From sequence record NC_073065.1: DNA of 45,901 nucleotides. One strand, 5' to 3'. A program made the translations under genes and the position numbers. The notes under the pieces were generated by a model. The model ran no database searches. It had not been told where the DNA came from and was given only the letters and a program-made list of their open reading frames with translations. Positions 1 through 9,548 of the stretch are shown piece after piece. The stretch is from Escherichia phage vB_EcoS_Zar3M. The stretch's first letter is position 1. Each line of letters opens with the position of its first letter.

Positions 1-101
1 CAGCAGATAGCGATCAACTTTTTCATGCGCGTGATTAATATTGGTTGCATTCGGCCTGGCACCCTGCTATTTTGGTTGCACACCAACATGAGGACTGAAC
101 A

Positions 102-407
102 ATGAAAGCGGTTATCTGGAATTACGCAATGTCTGTGGCTAAGCTGTACGAAGCAAAACACACAAACGGCAACGCAGACGACGCGCGCCAGGCTGTCATC
201 CTGGCCCAGCAGGGAATCATGAACGCGTTAGACAATATGTTTGCCAGCCTGGACGAACTGGAGCCGCTGCGCGTGGCAATCCAGGACTACGCGCTTGCAT
301 TTGCCCGTGAGCGCCTGGCGTATCGCTTCGGGATCGGTGAGACGGCTGTGACGAACATCGCCCGGATTAAAGCCCAGCGCGAACTATTCGCCCAGCTTGC
401 TAAATAA
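102..407 (+). CDS. hypothetical protein (101 aa)
   Basis: Intact ORF with ATG start ~25 nt downstream of two ATTGGTTGCA motifs (41-49, 72-80); protein-like composition; no recognisable motif. Confidence 0.45.
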   Translation: MKAVIWNYAMSVAKLYEAKHTNGNADDARQAVILAQQGIMNALDNMFASLDELEPLRVAIQDYALAFARERLAYRFGIGETAVTNIARIKAQRELFAQLAK

Positions 408-416
408 GGGGTCAAA

Positions 417-686
417 ATGGGGCGTAGACGAGCAAAACAGCTTTCGTGGCGTATCCCACTGCATTGCATACGAATATGGGCTAAGAATGCGAATGCGGGG
501 GATTCTGTGTACTGGTGCTATCGCGACGACGTAAAGCCGTTGACGCAGACTCGCTACTTGCACCAGTTCGCAGCACAACACGATTTCAGGGTGCGGACTT
601 CCTTGCAACCAATGGGGATCCGTATTACATTACGCCGGAAGCCCGCCATTGAGCGGGTAGGCAAACACTGGAGACTGAGCAAATGA
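417..686 (+). CDS. hypothetical basic protein (89 aa)
   Basis: ORF with AAGGGG Shine-Dalgarno ahead of ATG; Arg/Lys-rich; function unknown. Confidence 0.4.
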   Translation: MGRRRAKQLSWRIPLHCIRIWAKNANAGDSVYWCYRDDVKPLTQTRYLHQFAAQHDFRVRTSLQPMGIRITLRRKPAIERVGKHWRLSK

Positions 687-835
687 CACCAATGCAAAGA
701 GCACTAATGGCGGGATTCTCGCAGAAGTTTATTTCAGTAGACGCCTGCATAGCTGATTATGAGATGGACAGCATCGCTACGGTATGCGATGGCGACTATA
801 AGACTGTTGACGAGATTGAGGAGACTGAGCAATGA
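683..835 (+). CDS. small hypothetical protein (50 aa)
   Basis: Unlisted short ORF; ATGA start/stop overlaps with both neighbours (683 and 832), same GGAGACTGAGCAA context before each start. Confidence 0.3.
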   Translation: MTPMQRALMAGFSQKFISVDACIADYEMDSIATVCDGDYKTVDEIEETEQ

Positions 836-1386
836 AATTACTATTCCGCCGCAAATCAGACGGCAAAATCCTTAGACCAATACAGACCCTTGTGGCACAC
901 GTCCGCTTGCACCACGCCGCGAGTGATCGGGTTTGGTGGGCAGTGAAGGGCAAAGTGCCGGAGAAATACGATATTGTCACGCATGATATCGAGCGCGGCG
1001 ATGTGCTGCGTGATATTCGCGACGGGCAGTTGTGGATCGTCGAGTATGTCGGGCTTCATGGCCTGCGTATGAAAACCGCAAGGATGCTCGCCGGTATGAC
1101 TTACTTCGGCCTTGTCAACTACGAGCGAGTAGGCCGCAAATACTGCATTCGTGACCGCCAGCCGCATGCGCGCGTGGAGTTCCGCAAGTCGCAGCCCGCC
1201 TATGCCACCTACGACGCGAGCAAAGTTATGGATCCGATCCGCCAGGCGACGCATGAGATTATTAATCGCTTCGATGCCGTGACGAACGCACAGCGCCAGG
1301 CGCGGGAATACGGCGTCGGGTTTATCCGTGTCGAACCAGACGGCAGCATGAAGGCCATCGACCCGCGCTCGGTGATTCTGAAATGA
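832..1386 (+). CDS. hypothetical protein (184 aa)
   Basis: ORF coupled to upstream gene by ATGA overlap; antisense ORF 856..1632 has non-protein-like composition. Confidence 0.5.
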   Translation: MKLLFRRKSDGKILRPIQTLVAHVRLHHAASDRVWWAVKGKVPEKYDIVTHDIERGDVLRDIRDGQLWIVEYVGLHGLRMKTARMLAGMTYFGLVNYERVGRKYCIRDRQPHARVEFRKSQPAYATYDASKVMDPIRQATHEIINRFDAVTNAQRQAREYGVGFIRVEPDGSMKAIDPRSVILK

Positions 1387-1507
1387 ATAAATGCATTNGT
1401 GATATGCTTCAGCATAACCGCTTTGAGATAGGCGGTCGGGTGTTTCGCAATTACTTCGTGGCGCGTGCATGGGCGCGCCATATTGGCAAACCAGAGGGGG
1501 CAATACG

Positions 1508-1795
1508 ATGCTACACGATTTGATATATTGGTTTGGATTGGCCAGTTGGCTATGCTTGGTCACGGCAGGGCTTGGCGCGATATGGGTATTCCTGATTTGG
1601 CCAGCGGTGGAAGCCGCCAGCATTACCCGCATGACGTTTCAGATATACAAGCGCCGTGGCATCACGGAGCACCCGACCAGGTTGCGCATGTGGTGGCTAT
1701 GGTATCGGGATATGATAGGGGGCAGGATGTTCGAGGCCGTCCGGTCGACGGGATGGGAGTGGAAAGGCGTCGGCAAGTGGTCCATTTTCGATTAA
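1508..1795 (+). CDS. small membrane protein (95 aa)
   Basis: Internal ATG at 1508 preceded by GAGGGGG; N-terminal hydrophobic stretch LIYWFGLASWLCLVTAGLGAIWVFLIW predicts a TM helix. Confidence 0.4.
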   Translation: MLHDLIYWFGLASWLCLVTAGLGAIWVFLIWPAVEAASITRMTFQIYKRRGITEHPTRLRMWWLWYRDMIGGRMFEAVRSTGWEWKGVGKWSIFD

Positions 1796-1812
1796 TTATG
1801 CAAGCGTGATAT

Positions 1813-1847
1813 AGTCCCAGTGAGCTAAAACTTACTGGGACTTTTTT
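1813..1847 (+). terminator. intrinsic terminator-like hairpin abutting holin start
   Basis: AGTCCCAGT-12 nt loop-ACTGGGACT (9-bp stem) followed by TTTTTT, then ATG at 1848. Confidence 0.5.
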
Positions 1848-2138
1848 ATGGATAAGATAAACGAGTGGCTATTTGCCATCNCATNTNTGGNTGGCGGCTT
1901 NGTNGGCGCNCNCATTCNTGGNGNGGCNACGAAAGGGCCNCNAAACTTNGTTTTATATATCGTGGTNGGCTTCCTGTGCGCCATATTTGGTGCGCCAGCT
2001 ATCGCCGAGTGGGCTGGCTTATCTGGCGAGCGCACTGTCGCCGGTTTGGGCTTCGTAACTGCAATCTTCTGGATGCCAATAGCCGCCCGGATCAGGGAGA
2101 CTATTGAGTCGTTCCGACTTCCGGGGGGCGCAAAATGA
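1848..2138 (+). CDS. putative holin
   Basis: Small protein with hydrophobic segments (VLYIV.GFLCAIFGAPAIAEW, GLGFVTAIFWMPIAA) and charged C-terminus, directly upstream of endolysin; contains n-masked bases. Confidence 0.5.
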   Translation: MDKINEWLFAIXXXXGGXXGXXIXXXXTKGXXNXVLYIVXGFLCAIFGAPAIAEWAGLSGERTVAGLGFVTAIFWMPIAARIRETIESFRLPGGAK

Positions 2139-2380
2139 TTATCTCCGTCCTGTTGTTTGTTATCATAGGGGCTTCGTCCCTGTTTAACGTGTATGCGCCG
2201 TCCGTCCAGGATGGCATTTTAGGCCGGGTGTTATATCTGCTAACGGCGATGATCTGCGTTATCGGATTGTTGCAAACGGGAGACGTATCAGACACCACCT
2301 GGACCGCGTTAATCTGGCTGTTTGCATTGCGCACGCTGCGTAATGCTGTTTTGAATGGGGTAAAACATGCGATTCAGTGA
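2135..2380 (+). CDS. small membrane protein (second holin/antiholin candidate)
   Basis: 81 aa, 2-3 predicted TM segments (MIISVLLFVIIGASSLF, VLYLLTAMICVIGLL, ALIWLFAL); ATGA overlap with holin and overlaps endolysin start. Confidence 0.45.
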   Translation: MIISVLLFVIIGASSLFNVYAPSVQDGILGRVLYLLTAMICVIGLLQTGDVSDTTWTALIWLFALRTLRNAVLNGVKHAIQ

Positions 2381-2858
2381 CAACGGTCTACGATTTACGG
2401 CAGCATGGGAGACGTTCAGCCCGATGCCGTATTTCGCGACTAAGAAAGAGCAGGCCCGCGGCCTGTACACCTGGGGTTATGGTCACACCGGAACTAACCC
2501 GCCTCGAAGCATTACCCGCGCGGAAGCGCTGGAGCTACTCAAGCGTGACGTGGCGTATGCTGAGAACTGGGTGAACAAGTACGCACATCCGAGCATCAAC
2601 CAGGCGCAATTCGACGCGCTGGTGGACCTGGTAATCAATGCGGGTCAGGGTCCGATCGTACCGGACCATATCGCTAATGACTTCGATGATGCAGTGCGAC
2701 TGGGCGACTGGGCGAAGGTCCGTGCTACTCTGCCGCAGTTCCGCAAGCAAGGCGGGGAAGTGCTTAAGGGTCTGGTCCGTCGAGCAATCGGCAGACAAGC
2801 GCTATTCGATGGTAAGCAGTGGGACGTTGCCGAGAAGATCGGACGTAACGCAGCATAA
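2367..2858 (+). CDS. endolysin, lysozyme (glycoside hydrolase family 24-like)
   Basis: N-terminal GLRFTAAWE(T)FSPMPY with catalytic Glu context and TWGYGHTG, typical of phage T4/lambda-type lysozymes; located in lysis cluster. Confidence 0.8.
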   Translation: MRFSDNGLRFTAAWETFSPMPYFATKKEQARGLYTWGYGHTGTNPPRSITRAEALELLKRDVAYAENWVNKYAHPSINQAQFDALVDLVINAGQGPIVPDHIANDFDDAVRLGDWAKVRATLPQFRKQGGEVLKGLVRRAIGRQALFDGKQWDVAEKIGRNAA

Positions 2859-2874
2859 TACGGGGTAACACAGT

Positions 2875-3288
2875 ATGTTAAAAAGTATTCTTGATCATAA
2901 CGCCGACGCGCTCGCCGCGCTGGCTAAAACCGAAGACCCAGGCGCACGCGCTATTGTAGCGGATACGATCAGCCATGCGGGGGTATTCGACGCGAAGCTG
3001 CCTAGCCCGCCGGAAAGTNANCCGGTGACAAGCGCCACCGTAACCATCACACCGGAATCCGCCGCAGTTGGTGCGAAGGCCACCGCTTCGGTTGAGGTCC
3101 AGCCACCCGACGCGACTAACAAGGCCGGGAAGTGGGTGTCGTCGAATCCCGCCTGCGCGGCAATCGATCAGACTACCGGCGAAATCACAGCCCAAACGGC
3201 GGGTAGCGCCCACATCTTTTGGGTGGCCTCAGATGGTAGCGGGGCGATGGCGTCCGCCATCTTCACCGTAACGGGGGCGGAAGAATAA
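2875..3288 (+). CDS. bacterial Ig-like (Big_2-type) domain protein
   Basis: Ser/Thr/Ala-rich beta-type sequence ...VTITPESAAVGAKATASVEVQPPDATNKAGKWVSSNPACAAIDQTTGEITAQTAGSAHIF... resembling Big_2 domains; no TM or lipobox. Confidence 0.45.
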   Translation: MLKSILDHNADALAALAKTEDPGARAIVADTISHAGVFDAKLPSPPESXPVTSATVTITPESAAVGAKATASVEVQPPDATNKAGKWVSSNPACAAIDQTTGEITAQTAGSAHIFWVASDGSGAMASAIFTVTGAEE

Positions 3289-3384
3289 ATCTACCACCGC
3301 GGTTAATTCCGGGCTTTTTATTGCTTGACTTGCAACCAACATAGAGGCCATACTGCGACCAATCAACGAGAGGAGTAGTAAACT

Positions 3385-3465
3385 ATGGCACGTAATGATA
3401 TTTGGGTTTTGGCGATCTGGACCACCGCAGCATTCATTGGCATGGTTATTTGCGAATTGCTATAA
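3385..3465 (+). CDS. small hydrophobic peptide (26 aa) upstream of phosphoesterase
   Basis: Unlisted ORF MARNDIWVLAIWTTAAFIGMVICELL with strong GAGGAG RBS; followed by GGGACCG...CGGTCCC hairpin (3479-3506). Confidence 0.3.
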   Translation: MARNDIWVLAIWTTAAFIGMVICELL

Positions 3466-3526
3466 CCCGCCACAATAGGGACCGTGGTATATTGTCCTCG
3501 GTCCCATAATCAGGAAGTGGATTAAT

Positions 3527-4669
3527 ATGCACCCGCAAACTAAAATCACCGACGAGCAATTGATCGCCGAGTTGCAATCCGGCNCNNCCNCGAAANANAT
3601 TGCGAANAANTANGGTNTTTCCCNCCNAAATGTCTACATGCNAAAANCCCNCCTGTCGAANAAAGGTNTTGGTCNCGGNAANGANGCCGTAANCCGNAAG
3701 CGNGTTGCNGNNGGNTTNGGNGTTAAGNGTGTCNCCNCCCTGGNGNGNGGAAANGGNGAAGAGGTCATGTNGNGGGTTATCACTGAGCAGGACAAGGAGC
3801 GCCAGCTTGAGGCAATGCGCGCCGTTGTCGAGGGTATGAACAGCGAAATCAAACCGGCAGCACCCGTAAGCGCCCCGCCGGTCCCGATCCATGCGCTCGA
3901 CCTACTCAACCTGTACACCGTGTCCGACTTCCACCTGGGCATGTTGGCCTGGGGCGAGGAGACTGGCGAAGACTGGGATATGGCGATTGCCGAAGACCTG
4001 TTCTACCGCTGGTTTGTCGAAGCCTTCGCACGCGCACCGGACGCAGGCACTGCCGTAATTAATATCCTCGGTGATATGGCCCACTTTGATAGCCTCGATG
4101 CCGTCACTCCCGCCAGCGGTCACGTACTGGACGCGGATACCCGCTACCAGAAACTGGTCCGATACATGATTCGCATGGTGCGCAACGTGGTAGACCTGGC
4201 GCTGCAGAAACACCACAAAGTCAAACTGCTAATCGTCCAGGGGAATCATGACGAGTCGGGCATGATTTGGCTGGCTGAAATGTTCCATACTCTGTACGAG
4301 AACGAGCCACGCGTCGATGTGGATACGTCCCCGGACGTATACAAAATGGTGCAGCACGGCAAGACCACGCTGTTCTTCCACCACGGGCACAAAGCGCGCT
4401 TCGATGCCATCGAAACCGTCATGATTTCAAAATTCAGACAGGCTTTCGGGTCCAGCGAGTACAGCTACGCGCATGTAGGCCACTTGCACCACCAGAAGAT
4501 TGTAGAATCCCGCAACATGATTGTTGAACAACACCGGACCCTCGCAGCGAAAGACGCATATGCCAGCCGCGGCGGTTGGATGTCCGGTCGTAGTGCCAAC
4601 GTAATCACCTATAGCGCCAACTACGGCGAAGTAGCGCGCCTGACCATTAGCCCGGAAATGTTGAAATGA
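3527..4669 (+). CDS. metallophosphoesterase (calcineurin-like) with N-terminal HTH-like extension
   Basis: Calcineurin-type motif series DFHLG, GDMAH, QGNHDE, HHGH, GHLHH; N-terminal ~60 aa (ITDEQLIAELQSG...) looks like a helix-turn-helix; n-masked patch 3586-3775. Confidence 0.7.
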   Translation: MHPQTKITDEQLIAELQSGXXXKXIAXXXGXSXXNVYMXKXXLSXKGXGXXXXAVXXKXVXXXXXVKXVXXLXXGXXEEVMXXVITEQDKERQLEAMRAVVEGMNSEIKPAAPVSAPPVPIHALDLLNLYTVSDFHLGMLAWGEETGEDWDMAIAEDLFYRWFVEAFARAPDAGTAVINILGDMAHFDSLDAVTPASGHVLDADTRYQKLVRYMIRMVRNVVDLALQKHHKVKLLIVQGNHDESGMIWLAEMFHTLYENEPRVDVDTSPDVYKMVQHGKTTLFFHHGHKARFDAIETVMISKFRQAFGSSEYSYAHVGHLHHQKIVESRNMIVEQHRTLAAKDAYASRGGWMSGRSANVITYSANYGEVARLTISPEMLK

Positions 4670-4923
4670 TTAGACAAGTATTCATGAGCACGCAGGCGGA
4701 CCGCCTGAAGGAACTACGCAAACAACTGGAAGGATTGCGCCGATTCGAACGAACGGCAGCGGCAATCGGCATGTCTATCAGCGAGCGGATCGAGATACTA
4801 TCGCAAATACGCTACACAGAAGGCGCTATACGCGAAGTAGAAAGCATGTTAACCGATACTACGGTCGCGCCGTTTAACCCTCCTAGCCCGCCGATTTGGT
4901 GGGCTTTTTTGTGCCTGTTATAA
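4666..4923 (+). CDS. hypothetical protein (85 aa)
   Basis: ORF starting by ATGA overlap with phosphoesterase stop; alternative start at internal Met (MSTQADRL...); predicted helical. Confidence 0.4.
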   Translation: MIRQVFMSTQADRLKELRKQLEGLRRFERTAAAIGMSISERIEILSQIRYTEGAIREVESMLTDTTVAPFNPPSPPIWWAFLCLL

Positions 4924-4993
4924 TCCCCTTAGATGGCAGGGCCGTCTCCTATGTTGCCGATGGTCGGCGCATATGCACAAAAGGGCTTATATC

Positions 4994-5545
4994 ATGGCAG
5001 AAATCAAAGTTAAGGGCCGTCGCGCTAAACTGGACGGACGAGTAGCAGTTACCCCGCGCCGTAAACCAGGCGAGCAAACAGAACATACCAATCTCGGGCC
5101 GGAGATCGAATACGGCAAGCGCCGCAGAGGTGGCAAATGTGGACGCCCTACCGACTACCGTTCCGTGTATTGTGACCAACTTCGACGCTATTTCGCCGAT
5201 GCCGTAGCCTGGCAAGTTAACTACTCCGACAAGGGTGCTGCGCAAGTAATTCCCCGCAACATGATGCCTACCTTTGGTCGCTTCGCCGCAAAGATTGGCG
5301 TAGGCGTCGCATGCCTTTATCGCTGGGCGCGCGCACATGAGGAGTTCGCCGAGGCAATGGCTGACGCTATGGAGCTACAGAAAACCTTCCTGATGGAAGC
5401 TGGCGGCGTGACCATCGCGGCGGGCTTCGCTACCTTCCTGCTTAAAGCCAACCACGGCGTCCGGGACGATGTACCGCTGGATGACGACGAAGATGATAAC
5501 GGCGACGTCGTTGTGGAACCTACCGGCAAAGGTCAGGGTGATTAA
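4994..5545 (+). CDS. terminase small subunit (putative)
   Basis: Directly upstream of and overlapping terminase large subunit (TAATG); basic N-terminus, HTH-like segment RFAAKIGVGVACLYRWARAHEEF, acidic C-terminal tail. Confidence 0.55.
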   Translation: MAEIKVKGRRAKLDGRVAVTPRRKPGEQTEHTNLGPEIEYGKRRRGGKCGRPTDYRSVYCDQLRRYFADAVAWQVNYSDKGAAQVIPRNMMPTFGRFAAKIGVGVACLYRWARAHEEFAEAMADAMELQKTFLMEAGGVTIAAGFATFLLKANHGVRDDVPLDDDEDDNGDVVVEPTGKGQGD

Positions 5546-6930
5546 TGCGTAACTATGCGGCAGAACATCGCGCCCTTGAACGAGCGATCGCAAAGCGAAA
5601 CAGACCGCCGCGCCCGACACGCGTTGCGCAGGCCGTCCGCCTTTACCAGCCTGATTGCCTTCCGCACCAGGTGGAACTACTGCGCGACACGAAGACTAAA
5701 ATCATCGGCCTGTGTTCCGGCTTCGGTGGCGGTAAGTCATGGGTCGCGGCGAGAAAGGTCATCCAGCTTTTAACACTAAACCCCGGTCATGATGGCATCG
5801 TAACAGAACCGACTATTCCCCTCCTGGTTAAAATCATGTACCCGGAATTGGAAAAGGCATTCGACGAGGCGGGCTTCAGGNGGAAGTTTAACAAGCAGGA
5901 CAAGATTTATAGCGTGCTGGTGAAAGGCAAGTGGACGCGCGTAATCTGTGAGTCAATGGAAAACTACACCCGCCTAATCGGGGTCAACGCCGCGNGGNTT
6001 GTTGCCGATGAGTTNGATACCACNAAACAAGACGTCGCAATGGNGGCTTACCACAAATTGCTTGGTNGTCTGNGTGCTGGNTTGGTGCGCCAGTTCGTCA
6101 TCGTGTCCACGCCTGAAGGCTTCCGGGCGATGTATCAGATTTTCGAAGTGGAGAAGGATAGCCAAAAACGTTTGATCCGGGCGAAGACTACCGATAATCA
6201 CCACTTACCGGCAGACTTTATCGACACTCTGCGCAGCCAGTACCCTGCTAACCTGATTGATGCGTACCTGAACGGTATGTTTGTCAACCTTACGTCGGGC
6301 GCGGTATACAAGATGTTCAATCGTGAGGAGAACGCCAGCACCGAAGAAGTGCAGCCGGAAGACACGCTGATTATCGGGATGGACTTTAACGTCACGAAAA
6401 TGGCGGCGGTCGTGTACGTCAGACGGCAGCGCATCACCGAAAACAAGGAGTTCCGCGACGAGATTCACGCAGTGGATGAATTCGTGGACCTGTTCGATAC
6501 CCCGGCTATGATTGAGGCGATCGAGGAGCGCTACCCCGATCATTGTGCTGCCGGTCGGGTCGTCGTTTACCCGGATAGCAGTGGCAAGTCTCGTAAGACT
6601 GTTAACGCATCGTCGTCCGATATAGCGCAACTGGAAGACGCAGGCTTCGAGGTGGAATACGACAGCGTTAACCCACCTGTGAAAGACCGATTGATCGCGA
6701 TGAATACGATGATGTGCAACTCGAAGGGCGTGCGCCAGTATTTTGTCAACCTGGATAAATGCCCTACACTAGCGAAATGTCTGGAACAGCAGGTTTACGA
6801 CCTGAAGAAAGGCGAGCCGGATAAAACCGCCGGTGTGGACCACATGAACGATGCCGCGGGTTATCCAATTGCGCACCTGTTCCCAGTGATTCGTCCGATC
6901 GCCGTTGTTCCAACTGTAGACTTCTACTAA
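5545..6930 (+). CDS. terminase large subunit
   Basis: Walker A GFGGGKS, Walker B-like VADE, C-terminal nuclease-type region; position between small subunit and portal. Confidence 0.85.
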   Translation: MRNYAAEHRALERAIAKRNRPPRPTRVAQAVRLYQPDCLPHQVELLRDTKTKIIGLCSGFGGGKSWVAARKVIQLLTLNPGHDGIVTEPTIPLLVKIMYPELEKAFDEAGFRXKFNKQDKIYSVLVKGKWTRVICESMENYTRLIGVNAAXXVADEXDTXKQDVAMXAYHKLLGXLXAXLVRQFVIVSTPEGFRAMYQIFEVEKDSQKRLIRAKTTDNHHLPADFIDTLRSQYPANLIDAYLNGMFVNLTSGAVYKMFNREENASTEEVQPEDTLIIGMDFNVTKMAAVVYVRRQRITENKEFRDEIHAVDEFVDLFDTPAMIEAIEERYPDHCAAGRVVVYPDSSGKSRKTVNASSSDIAQLEDAGFEVEYDSVNPPVKDRLIAMNTMMCNSKGVRQYFVNLDKCPTLAKCLEQQVYDLKKGEPDKTAGVDHMNDAAGYPIAHLFPVIRPIAVVPTVDFY

Positions 6931-6940
6931 GGAAACGACC

Positions 6941-8461
6941 ATGACCGTTAACGTTGACAACCAGCACCCGCTCTATGCGCGCATCGCGCCCGAGTGGAAA
7001 ATGATCCGTGACTGTGTAGCGGGGGAGCGCGCCGTTAAGGCGTGCGGCCCCTTATACCTGCCACACCCAGCCAGTGGCGACAACACTGACCCGAAATCAC
7101 GGGCGCGGTATAAGGCGTACAAGCAACGCGCTGTATTCCTGAACGCCACCGCCCGCACACTTAACGCGCTGTTAGGCGTTGCCTTTGCTAAACCGGTGAG
7201 TCTTGACCTTTCCGGGGCGATGGCTGACCTGATTGACGACGTAGACGGCAGCGGTATGCCGCTGCCGCAACTCCTGCGCGGTGCTATGTCTGAAGTTCTG
7301 CAATCAGGCCGTGCGGGCTTTATGGTCGACTACGACCGTCAGGCGCATTTTGATGAACTGGGTAACGTAGTGCCGCAGACAGCCGCCGAGATGGCGTCAC
7401 ACCGCCCGCTTATCCGCCTGTACACGGCAGAACAGATCATCAACTGGCGGCAGACCCACGGCGTCGATACGCTAATTGTGCTGAAGGAAACGGACGAAAT
7501 CAGCACTGAAGACCCGGACGACTTCGCAAACCACGAAGTAACAATCTGGACCGAGCTTCGCATGATTAACGGTGCAGCACACGCCCGCCGCTGGTACTAC
7601 AACGCCGACACGTCCGAGGTGCAAATGGACTTGCCGCGTGGATTCACCCGCACCGACCTGGTGCCGCTGGTGGATGCTACCGGTAAGGCGCTGACACAAC
7701 TTCCGTTTTGCTGGTGTGGCGCGGTGGACAACAACGCAACGCCAGACGCCGCTCCGCTGGCAGATATCGCATCCATCAACATTAAGCACTACAACGCCGA
7801 AGCGGACGTCGCCGAGATTGCGCACATCGTGGGCCAACCTACCCTGGTAGCAACTGGCTTGACTCAATCATGGGCGGACAAAAACCTGAAAGGCGGCATC
7901 GCGCTCGGAGCGACTAAGGGCGTTATTCTGGGTCAGAACATGGACGCTAAACTGATTCAGGCCGAGGAGCGCAACTTGTCGGTCGCACTGTGTGAGCGAC
8001 GCGAATTGCAAATGGCTAAACTTGGCGCGGCCCTGGTCGAGAAGGGGACCGCACCTAAGACGGCAACCGAGGCGGCCTATGATGCGCAGACTGATAACAG
8101 TATCCTGTCGCTTATTGCCGGTAACGTTGAGAAGGCTTTCAACCGCGCGTTGCAAATTGTCCAACTATTCACGGGCGACACCGCCGACCAGCGCGTAACG
8201 CTGAATAAGTTCTACACAGAAATCACGGTTGATGCGCAGCTTATGACCGCGATGATGTCGGGTGTGCAGACTGGCACGGTCCGCCTGGCGGATTTCATCA
8301 AGTGGATGATGGCGCAGGGCGTCATCGACGACTCGCAAACCGTCGAGCAGGTGGAAGACGAATTGCGAAATCAGAATCCATTGCCTCAAATGTCCCCCGA
8401 TGCGGTAGAATCTACCGAAGAAGACCCGGACAAGGTAGCGGACAATGGCGAAGACAATTAA
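6941..8461 (+). CDS. portal protein
   Basis: 506-aa protein immediately after terminase, acidic C-terminus; portal-like size and position. Confidence 0.75.
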   Translation: MTVNVDNQHPLYARIAPEWKMIRDCVAGERAVKACGPLYLPHPASGDNTDPKSRARYKAYKQRAVFLNATARTLNALLGVAFAKPVSLDLSGAMADLIDDVDGSGMPLPQLLRGAMSEVLQSGRAGFMVDYDRQAHFDELGNVVPQTAAEMASHRPLIRLYTAEQIINWRQTHGVDTLIVLKETDEISTEDPDDFANHEVTIWTELRMINGAAHARRWYYNADTSEVQMDLPRGFTRTDLVPLVDATGKALTQLPFCWCGAVDNNATPDAAPLADIASINIKHYNAEADVAEIAHIVGQPTLVATGLTQSWADKNLKGGIALGATKGVILGQNMDAKLIQAEERNLSVALCERRELQMAKLGAALVEKGTAPKTATEAAYDAQTDNSILSLIAGNVEKAFNRALQIVQLFTGDTADQRVTLNKFYTEITVDAQLMTAMMSGVQTGTVRLADFIKWMMAQGVIDDSQTVEQVEDELRNQNPLPQMSPDAVESTEEDPDKVADNGEDN

Positions 8462-9548
8462 TCAATATATGGCGGATCGCATGATCCGCCGTCACATCTT
8501 CACCCAGCGCCTGAGCAATGACCAGGCGCGGAGGGTGCTGGCTATGTGGGAGAAGTTCCGGCCCGCTTTACTGGGTAAGTTGACCGAGTTACTTGATGGG
8601 AAAAAGTCCATGAGCAACAAGGCACTTACCACACTTTTAACGCAACTCGACAAGACCGTCAAAACGGAACTGCGCACCGAGTTTAAGGCGCTGGCTGAAA
8701 GCCTTCAGGAGTTCGCCGACACCGAGGCTGATTATCTTGCCGATACATTAACGGCGGCGATCCAGCCCGCGGTCGCCGTGCCGGCTGTCGAGGTGGTGGG
8801 TATTGTGACCGGCGCGCAGATCGCAGCGACTGCAATGAAAAACCCGTTCCAGGGTAATACGATGATGCAATGGCCTGACTCACTTTCCGAGTGGACCCGG
8901 ACGCAGATCGGCAATCAGGTGCGCGCTGGATTCATCCAGGGCAAGCCGACGATGGAAATTATTGCGGACGTGAGGCGCGCGCTCGGCGGTCGTAGTGCGC
9001 AAGCAATCTCAAGCGTTGTTAAGTCCGCGGTCAACCACTATGCGGCGACCGCCCGCGAATTAATGGTAAAAGCTAATGACGATATTCTCGAAGGTCGCCA
9101 ATGGTTGGCTACATTGGACACGCATACTTCTCCCATGTGCCAGCTACGCGATCGCCTGTTTTATCCGGTTGATGTTACTCCAGACACCAAAGGCAAGCGC
9201 GGCGGGAAAGTGGTGGCGGGATCACAATATGGCGCTGGTCCGGGCAAGCTGCATTATTGCTGCCGTTCGACGGAGACGTGGAAAGTCAAAGGTATGGAAG
9301 ATTGGCCCAGTGGTAAGCGTCCGGCACTGAAGGCTGACGCAGGCAGATTGCTGAGTGAGCAGGTCGACGCGCAGACTGATTTCTTCTCATGGGTGCAGCG
9401 CCAGCCGCGCCATATTCTGGAGGAACTATATGGGGTGCAGCGCGCAGACCAGATTATGCGAGGCGTGAAAGTGCCGAAGATGTTCACCGATACGGGCGAA
9501 CTAATGACTATTGCGCAGCTTAAAAACAGGGGGCTATGGCGTGATTAA
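8445..9548 (+). CDS. head morphogenesis protein (Mu F / SPP1 gp7-like minor head protein)
   Basis: 367 aa following portal with overlapping start; conserved-looking segment ...WLATLDTHTSPMCQLRD... typical of Mu F-like proteins. Confidence 0.7.
   Translation: MAKTINQYMADRMIRRHIFTQRLSNDQARRVLAMWEKFRPALLGKLTELLDGKKSMSNKALTTLLTQLDKTVKTELRTEFKALAESLQEFADTEADYLADTLTAAIQPAVAVPAVEVVGIVTGAQIAATAMKNPFQGNTMMQWPDSLSEWTRTQIGNQVRAGFIQGKPTMEIIADVRRALGGRSAQAISSVVKSAVNHYAATARELMVKANDDILEGRQWLATLDTHTSPMCQLRDRLFYPVDVTPDTKGKRGGKVVAGSQYGAGPGKLHYCCRSTETWKVKGMEDWPSGKRPALKADAGRLLSEQVDAQTDFFSWVQRQPRHILEELYGVQRADQIMRGVKVPKMFTDTGELMTIAQLKNRGLWRD

Noticed and set aside
856-1632. Long antisense ORFs (856..1632, 12545..13279, 19261..19809, 22212..22901, 23885..24697, 24972..25607, 44542..45261 on the minus strand; 35479..36213 and 36736..37392 on the plus strand)
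   Set aside because: They lie fully inside better-supported genes on the other strand, have Arg/Ala/His/Cys-rich non-protein-like composition typical of GC-rich antisense frames, and lack RBS or coupling signals.
3296-3320. Putative terminator after the Big_2-domain gene
   Set aside because: A T-tract is present (CTTTTTATT) but I could not find a convincing GC-rich stem, so it was not called.
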